DNA of 58,885 nt, the filler included. It is 6 parts of 6 records of this genome, joined end to end, with 100 filler letters (N's around TTAATTAATTAA, not from the genome) between each part and the next. Parts side by side here need not be neighbours in the genome. Positions count along the whole stretch, not along the records: positions 52,141 to 58,885 come from SRR31147125_20009; 5 more parts are not named here. The stretch is one strand, 5' to 3'. Positions 52,311 to 58,885 of the stretch are shown piece after piece. The translations under genes and the position numbers were made by a program. The notes under the pieces were generated by a model. The model was not told the DNA's origin. It did not search any database and saw nothing but the letters and a program-made list of their open reading frames with translations. The stretch's first letter is position 1, and every line of letters begins with the position of its first letter.

Positions 52311-52536
52311 ATCCATTCCTCCCATTCTACTATTGTCCTATCAGACTACTACATTTAATGAATATTGCATATTATATCTGTTTATCCCAATTTAGTAAAG
52401 GAGAAATTCAAAAAATTCTTAAAGCTTTGCTTTATTTTAACTAAATTAAAGGATTTATAAAATGTAGAAGTAAAATAATAGTATGTATTAAGTTATTTTA
52501 CATTTATATTTTAGTATTATCCAGGAGGTAAAAGCA

Positions 52537-53256
52537 ATGAATATTTTGGTTGTCGGTGCTACAGGTGCCACGGGGCGCCTTTTAGTTGAAGATTTATTGA
52601 AGAGAGGCGAGACAGTAAAAGCTATAGTTCGTTCTCCCGAAAAGTTAAAATATCTTAAAGAAAAGTATGAAAATTTAATTCTAATAGAAGCTAGTATCTC
52701 TAAAGTAAACGAAACTGAACTTCATGAATATGTTAAGGGTTGTGACGCTATAGCATCCTGCCTTGGACATAATCTAAGTTTTAAAGGAATGTTTGCTCCG
52801 CCTTACCGATTAGTTACAGATAGTATGAAGAAACTCTGCTCATCTGCAAAATCATATGAACATCCTGAAAAAATAAAAATAATTCTCATGAATACAACTG
52901 GAAATGTTAACAAAGAGGCTCATGAGAAGGTTTCTCTCTTGCAAAGTTTAGTTTTACTTCTATTGAGAGCTCTACTTCCTCCGCACATAGATAATGAACA
53001 AGCAGCAAAATTTCTACAAAAATATATTGGAGACCATGATTCTAAATTAGAATGGGTGGCAGTAAGGCCCGACACACTTATTGATGAAGGTGTTGTTACT
53101 GAATATGAGCTTCATCCATCTCCAACTAGAAGTGCAATATTTAACTCGGGGCAAACTAGTCGAATAAACGTTGCTAACTTTATGGCTGAACTAATCTGTG
53201 ATGACAACAAGTGGAGCAGATGGCAAAATCAAATGCCTGTTATATATAATAAATAG
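52537..53256 (+). CDS. NAD(P)H-binding atypical SDR (BVR-B/NmrA-like)
   Basis: ILVVGATGATG, VRSPEK, WVAVRP, SRINVA. Confidence 0.88.
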   Translation: MNILVVGATGATGRLLVEDLLKRGETVKAIVRSPEKLKYLKEKYENLILIEASISKVNETELHEYVKGCDAIASCLGHNLSFKGMFAPPYRLVTDSMKKLCSSAKSYEHPEKIKIILMNTTGNVNKEAHEKVSLLQSLVLLLLRALLPPHIDNEQAAKFLQKYIGDHDSKLEWVAVRPDTLIDEGVVTEYELHPSPTRSAIFNSGQTSRINVANFMAELICDDNKWSRWQNQMPVIYNK

Positions 53257-53320
53257 TAAATAATATAAAAAAGCGCGTATTTGTTAAAAATACACGCTGT
53301 TTCTATCTATAAATAAGAGA

Positions 53321-53362
53321 TTTGCATAATATCTCAATTAAAGAAAAAACAAATTATGCAAA
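53321..53362. repeat. Short intergenic inverted-repeat element (TTTGCATAA family), copy 3
   Basis: TTTGCATAAT...ATTATGCAAA between convergent genes. Confidence 0.55.
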
Positions 53363-53367
53363 GAACT

Positions 53368-53889
53368 TTAAATACTAAAATCTATCTCATAAGCTGTCTT
53401 TAGACTTGCAAACCTATCTTTCATAAGCTCATTATGATAATGAATCATCGTTGAAGCATTGAGAAATTTTGAATCAAATGTTGTATGTGCGTTTCTTACA
53501 AGGATATTTTTATACCCGTAACTAAAAGCTACTCTACAAGTTGTATCTACACAAATTTCTGTTTGCATTCCGCATATAACTAGTTTTTCTATCCCGAATT
53601 CATTTAGCTTTTTATGTAAATTTGTTTTATGAAAAGCATCAGGATTTGTCTTTTTGAGCACTATATCCCCAAACCTTGGTTGAATTTCAGGATGAATATG
53701 CCAAAGAGCACTTCCTTCTCTTAAATCTTCCCTGCTATTATCTGTGTGCTGTGTATAAAATATAGGTATCTTAGCTCGTCTTGCTTTATTTATAAGTAGT
53801 TTTATGTTCTCTAGAATCTCTTTTCCTTTGTAGACATTATAATGAAACATTACATTTTGGACATCAATTATAAGTAAAGCTGTCTTCAC
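53368..53889 (-). CDS. Isochorismatase-family cysteine hydrolase (paralogue 2)
   Basis: ALLIIDVQ, K...DAF, GMQTEICVDTT.R; GTG start with GGAGG RBS. Confidence 0.92.
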   Translation of the reverse strand: MKTALLIIDVQNVMFHYNVYKGKEILENIKLLINKARRAKIPIFYTQHTDNSREDLREGSALWHIHPEIQPRFGDIVLKKTNPDAFHKTNLHKKLNEFGIEKLVICGMQTEICVDTTCRVAFSYGYKNILVRNAHTTFDSKFLNASTMIHYHNELMKDRFASLKTAYEIDFSI

Positions 53890-53919
53890 AACACACCTCC
53901 CGTATTTTTATCTCCTAAA

Positions 53920-54444
53920 TTACAGTGTCTTAAAATCTATTTCTGCTGCTGTTTTTAACTCAGCAAATCTACCACTGAAAATACTATTATGGTGGATAAT
54001 AATATTAAACGCTTTAAATGATGCTGAATCAAAAGTTGTGTGAGCATTCCTAATAAGGATATTTTTATAATCTTTGCTAAATGCTGATCTACATGTTGTA
54101 TCTACACAAAACTCTGTTTGCATTCCACAAATAACCAACTGCTCTACTCCTAGTCTATCCAACTGCTCTTTTAGAGTAGTTTTGTAGAAAGCATCAGGTT
54201 TAGTTTTCTTAACAACTAAATCTCCCTCTAACGGAGCTATCTTAGGATGAATCTCCCAATTCTCTGTTCCTTCTACCAGATGACTATTGTCACAGTGCTG
54301 AATATATATTACAGGTGTTTCTGCTGCTCTCGCTTTATCTATTACTTGCTTTATATTTTTGAGAACCTCTTCTCCTTCATACACTCCACCTTCATAAGTG
54401 AACATTATATTTTGCACATCGATAACTAATAACGCTGTTTTCAT
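53920..54444 (-). CDS. Isochorismatase-family cysteine hydrolase (paralogue 1)
   Basis: ALLVIDVQ, K...DAF, GMQTEFCVDTT.R; AGGAGG RBS. Confidence 0.92.
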   Translation of the reverse strand: MKTALLVIDVQNIMFTYEGGVYEGEEVLKNIKQVIDKARAAETPVIYIQHCDNSHLVEGTENWEIHPKIAPLEGDLVVKKTKPDAFYKTTLKEQLDRLGVEQLVICGMQTEFCVDTTCRSAFSKDYKNILIRNAHTTFDSASFKAFNIIIHHNSIFSGRFAELKTAAEIDFKTL

Positions 54445-54491
54445 TCTCTTCCTCCTATAAAAATTAAACTCAATCACAATTAAAGATATTC

Positions 54492-54896
54492 TTAATGATC
54501 ATTCCCTCTATAAATCCACATAGCTTCGGTGTGTCCCGCTTTCTCAAATCCTACACTTTTATAAAACTCTATAGCTTCTCCATCTGCAACTAATATCTGC
54601 TGATGAAATTCTCCGTATCTATCCTGCATAAGTTTCATTATAGCTTTTCCTATTCCCTTAGCATGATAATCTGGATGTACGATCAAATGAGGATAATAAA
54701 CTACAAGGTAGCCATCTGAAATGGCATTTCCAAGACCAACTAATTTACCATCTATTCTAGCTGTTACTAAAGAATGGGAATTTTTTAGAGCTGAAAATAG
54801 TTCATTCGGTTTTTCAGCTGATGACCAATTATTTGCTTTATAAAGTTCTAAAATTTCTCCTTGTTTCAATGCTTCATCATTAAATGTTAATTCCAA
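54492..54896 (-). CDS. GNAT-family N-acetyltransferase
   Basis: LIVHPDYHAKGIGK motif A; FYKSVGF. Confidence 0.9.
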   Translation of the reverse strand: MELTFNDEALKQGEILELYKANNWSSAEKPNELFSALKNSHSLVTARIDGKLVGLGNAISDGYLVVYYPHLIVHPDYHAKGIGKAIMKLMQDRYGEFHQQILVADGEAIEFYKSVGFEKAGHTEAMWIYRGNDH

Positions 54897-55150
54897 ATTT
54901 CTCCCACCTCATATCTTCTTTTAAAAAAATTATATCCTATTATATAGCTATTTACAATAGTTTATTCAAGATATTGATAAATTCTATTACTCTTATTATT
55001 AAAATTTATTAATAAAGAGCTTTACATTGTATCTAAAATAGAATAAAAACTAAATTATTTAAGGTCTTTGATGACTTTTCCTTCATTCAGTTATATAATA
55101 GAATATGAAGTGAAAATTATTTTTATATTGTTTACAGAAGGGTGGTTATA

Positions 55151-57716
55151 ATGGAAGTTATTATTAGTCATGTACATTTAGACTTAGACGGATTCGCATC
55201 AATGGTATTAGCAAAAAAACTACACCCTAATGCTAGACTTGTGTTTTCTGGTAATACCTCAAAACGTAAAGGAACTCTCTACTCTTTACCAAGATGTATT
55301 AAACGTAAGTAAAGCCAAAGAGATTGATATAGATAAAATAACAAAACTTATTGTTGTTGATACTTCTAATAAAAACAGAATAGGAAAATTCAAAAATATC
55401 TTAGATAAAGATGAAGTTGAGGTACTTATTTATGATCATCATAGCAAAACAGATTATGATATTAATAAAGGAATTAAATATCATAAATCTTACGGTTCAA
55501 ACTCTGCTCATTTAGTGGAGCTTATACTTAACGAGAAGCCTCATTGTACATTCAAAGATTATGAGGCTATTATTGGTTTGATGGGAATATATGAAGATAC
55601 AGGTAATTTTACATTCTCAAATACAACTGCAAAAGATATGGAGATGGCATCATATCTAATGAAGCAGGGTGTTAACTTAAAGATGGTCCTGGAGTTTGTG
55701 AATAAAAACCTCAACCCTGAAGAGATGAGTATGTTATTAACTTTGCTAGATAATAGTGAAATATTAAATTACTCTGTTCATCGAATTTTTATTGCTAAAT
55801 ATTTAGATACTAGATTTTATAATTCACTGGATATTTTAGTTAATAAAATCATGGATTTAGAGGATTGTGATGCCTGTTTTGTCATTTATGGTTTTGAAGA
55901 AGATGTAACTATAATAGCTAGAAGCTCAAGCAAAGATATCAAACTTGACCAAATACTGAAAATCTTCGGAGGTGGCGGGCATACATACGCTGGCTCTGCT
56001 TTTGTTCGAGGTGGCAGTATAGATCTTATATATAAAAAATTAGTCGAGAGTACAATGCTCTTTATATCTGAAGGGAAAAAGGCAGAAGATATTATGAAGA
56101 GTCCTGTTAAAATAGTAGACAAGGAGACCCGTATTAAAGATGTATATAAAATTATGCTTCGGTTTGGATATACAGGTATACCTATTTTAGATAATGAAAC
56201 ACTCGTTGGTATTATCTCCAGGCGTGATATTGACAAGGCGATGAATCATGGTTTTGCAAATGCACCAGCTAGGGCGTATATGTCTTCGAAAATCATCACA
56301 GCAGAACGAGATACACCAGTAGAACTGCTAAAAAAAATTATCATTGAGAATGAAATTGGAAGAGTACCTATTCTAGAAAATAACAAATTAATTGGAATAG
56401 TTACCAGAACTGATATTCTCAGAAGTCTATATGAACAAAGAGTAAGAAAAAATAGAAAATTTCTTGGTGAACAAGAGAAACTTAAAAATGAAATATTAAA
56501 AGAGATTCCTTCATATCTAATGACTATATTTAAACAGATAGAGAGTGTTTCGAAAAAAAGAAATGAACGGGTTTTTCTAGTGGGCGGAATAGTTCGTGAC
56601 CTAATTCTAAAAATTCCTAATTTTGACGTTGATATCGTTATTGAGGGTGATGGGTTAGCATTTGCTGAAGATTTAGGAAAATTATTAAATGCTGAAAAAA
56701 TAGTAAAACATGAGAAATTCAAAACTGCAGTTGTAGTGGCCTCAGAAAAACTAAAAATTGATGTAGCAACCTCTAGGGTAGAGTATTATGAATATCCTAC
56801 TTCCCTACCAATTGTAGAGTATGGAAGCATAAAACAAGATTTGTACAGGCGTGATTTTACTATCAATGCAATGTCTCTTGAACTTGATTATCATAATTTT
56901 GGGAAGATAATTGACTATTATAATGGCTATAGGGACTTGATTAATGGTGAGGTTAATATTTTGCATAATCTGAGCTTCATTGAAGATCCAACTAGAGTTA
57001 TCCGTGCAATTAGATTTGCCACTAGATACGGTTTTAAATTTGGTGATGATACAAATAGATTTCTAAAACAAGCTGTGAAAGATGGCTTCTTAAATAAAAT
57101 GAGCTGGCAAAGAGTTAAAAATGAACTAATTAAAATTTTGAGCGATAAAAATCCTGAGAATGCCATATTTATGCTTTTTGAAAACCATGTATTTGAAACC
57201 TTTCCTACTAAAATAGAACTAACAGATAAGATGGAGAAAGATATTAAAAGTGTAAAATTAAGCGCTCATTTTACAGAAAAATTAAATGTTGAATGTTGGA
57301 TAATATACTTACTTATTATCCTTGAAAATCTAAACAAAGAGCAACTTGATTTTATGTTTGAACTTTTTAAATTTAAAACAAAATTTATAAAAAAATATGA
57401 TTACGGTATAAATATGAGAGAGGAGCTTAGCTCTAAACTAGAAATAGCTGACAAATTATCAGACTTATACTTTTTACTACACAAAGTCTCTGATGAAGTG
57501 TTGGCATTCCTCCACATTACCAAGCCACATATTCAAGATAAGATAGAAAAATATATAGACAATGTCAGACCTATTAAAGCACTTGTTACAGGTAAAGACT
57601 TAAAGAAACTTGGATATAAACCTGATGAGAATTTCAAAAACATTCTCCAGAAAGCGTTTGCGCTTCAATTAGATAATTGCTATAATGACAAAGATGATAT
57701 TTTGAAATCATTCTAA
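55151..57716 (+). CDS. DHH-DHHA1-CBS-fused class II tRNA nucleotidyltransferase (CCA- or A-adding); frameshift near 55258-55264
   Basis: True start MEVIISHVHLDLDG at 55151; VDT, DHH, EDTG, GGGGH; two CBS domains; GGIVRD, DVD, RRDFTINA, EDPTR..RAIRF. Confidence 0.9.
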
Positions 57717-57748
57717 TTTTATAATTATTATAATAGGAGGCATGGATA

Positions 57749-58112
57749 ATGAAACGAAATTTTCTAATACTTTCTTTATTCTGTTTATTCTTTAGCTTTA
57801 ATCTAGCTAGTGAAAGAGATACAAAAACAACTTATCAAAAAATATCTATTAATTATTCAGGACGGTAATAACGCTCTCGACCATGGAGATCCTCAAATAA
57901 TTGAAATAATAAAAGGGGATATCAAAAGGCTTCATAAAGAGATTGAACTTTTTGAAAAAGCTAATAAAAGCGAAAATCATAAAAATGAAAATGATGAAGA
58001 GTTAGAGAAAGTTAAAAAAAATATCGATTTAATGAAGGAATCCCTAGACGGATTAGCTGCTCCAACAGGCAGAACAAGGGAAAACAAAATAAAATCTAAC
58101 AAAGCTAAATAA
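57749..58112 (+). CDS. Secreted helical hypothetical protein; frameshift in the A-run near 57837-57842
   Basis: AGGAGG RBS, signal peptide MKRNFLILSLFCLFFSFNLA, continuing in the frame of ORF 57810-58112. Confidence 0.6.
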
Positions 58113-58268
58113 ACACCTTAAAAAATAAAAATATGACTACCTTTTAGAGTATAAACATGGACATAAGAAATTAATTTTTTTATACCTTCCTATGATATAA
58201 AAGAAGGAAATTGAATCATTTTGTAATATACCATAATATGCAAATAAAATACTAAAGGGGTTGGTTAT

Positions 58269-58814
58269 ATGAAAAAAATACTATTACTAATGTTTGTATT
58301 ATCTGCAATGGCTTTTGCTGAGGGTCATGATGGTTATGCAGGTGCTTCACTTAACAAGAAAAACACTAGTGCAAAGTACAAAGAGTTAACTAAAATGGCT
58401 AAAAAAGCTATCAAGAATGATGATTGGTTCTTAAGAGAACAAGCTATTGATGAGATTGAAAACTTCATTCTGGTTACAGAATCATATGGAGATATTTCAA
58501 GTAAAGGTGCTGCTAGAAATGTAGCAAAATTTGGAAAAGCTCTAAGAAAACAGTTAGTTAATTTAAAAAAAGTTGACGGAATGGGCGGAGCATCACTTGA
58601 TCCGAAAAAAATGATGCCAAGATATGCTTATATTACGAAAATTATTGATAATGCATTAAAAACTGGAAAAAATGAAGAAAAAGCAATAGAGGAAGCTGAG
58701 GATATGCTTAACTTCATTACTAAATGGAAAGCTCAACAAAGTGGAGCAGCTAAAAACTATCTAAACAGATATGAAAACACTCTAAATGAGAAATTAGCTC
58801 AGTTAAAAGAATAA
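58269..58814 (+). CDS. Secreted protein with two ~80-aa helical repeats, each starting DGxxGAS
   Basis: Signal peptide ending AFA-E; DGYAGASL...AIDE.E...GAARN and DGMGGASL...AIEE.E...GAAKN. Confidence 0.8.
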   Translation: MKKILLLMFVLSAMAFAEGHDGYAGASLNKKNTSAKYKELTKMAKKAIKNDDWFLREQAIDEIENFILVTESYGDISSKGAARNVAKFGKALRKQLVNLKKVDGMGGASLDPKKMMPRYAYITKIIDNALKTGKNEEKAIEEAEDMLNFITKWKAQQSGAAKNYLNRYENTLNEKLAQLKE

Positions 58815-58822
58815 TACACCAT

Positions 58823-58848
58823 GCCCGCCTGAATAAGGCGGGTTATTT
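58823..58848 (+). terminator. Intrinsic terminator
   Basis: GCCCGCCT-gaata-AGGCGGGT followed by TATTT. Confidence 0.7.
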
Positions 58849-58885
58849 AATAAAAATATAAGTTTTAGTTTCTTATTGGTACAGC

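Noticed and set aside
1-58885. CRISPR arrays, tRNA/rRNA genes, transposases, defence systems
   Set aside because: No regularly spaced direct repeats, cloverleaf motifs or matching protein signatures found by eye

Overview
This window is not one locus. It is six unrelated contigs joined by artificial 100-nt spacers (44 N + TTAATTAATTAA + 44 N) at 5846-5945, 14815-14914, 26325-26424, 35159-35258 and 52041-52140. Taxonomic labels below are inferred from gene content and base composition. Contig 1 (1-5845, high GC, Desulfobacterota-like) carries dnaB, hflX, suhB, a small 4-Cys ORF and a divergent orphan dnaA paralogue with variant DnaA boxes upstream. Contig 2 (5946-14814, AT-rich spore-forming Clostridia-like) carries a sensor GGDEF/EAL gene, a GT4, spoIIID, dat, ttcA, panE and the start of xth. 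Contig 3 (14915-26324, diderm, KSB1/Calditrichota-like) carries sucCD, a Nudix gene and the most interesting locus, a putative synthase-dependent exopolysaccharide operon. That operon encodes a ~1666-aa secreted, membrane-anchored GH-like/DUF2334-deacetylase/GH-like fusion, a YdaM/PssC-like GT2 synthase and an internally duplicated outer-membrane beta-barrel. Contig 4 (26425-35158) carries a membrane SAM-dependent (spermidine-synthase-like) protein, a Tat FAD oxidoreductase, a DUF2271-like lipoprotein, a Tat aldo/keto reductase and a TonB-dependent receptor. Contig 5 (35259-52040, AT-rich, Fusobacteriota-like) carries a LacI/PTS/GH32 sucrose-type operon with two esterases and repeated operators, converging on a melA/ABC operon. 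Contig 6 (52141-58885) carries an SDR, tandem isochorismatases, a GNAT, a DHH-CBS tRNA nucleotidyltransferase and two secreted proteins, one with tandem DGxxGAS repeats. About 11 genes are split at short homopolymer runs, most likely long-read sequencing errors. No rRNA, tRNA, CRISPR array or transposase was seen.
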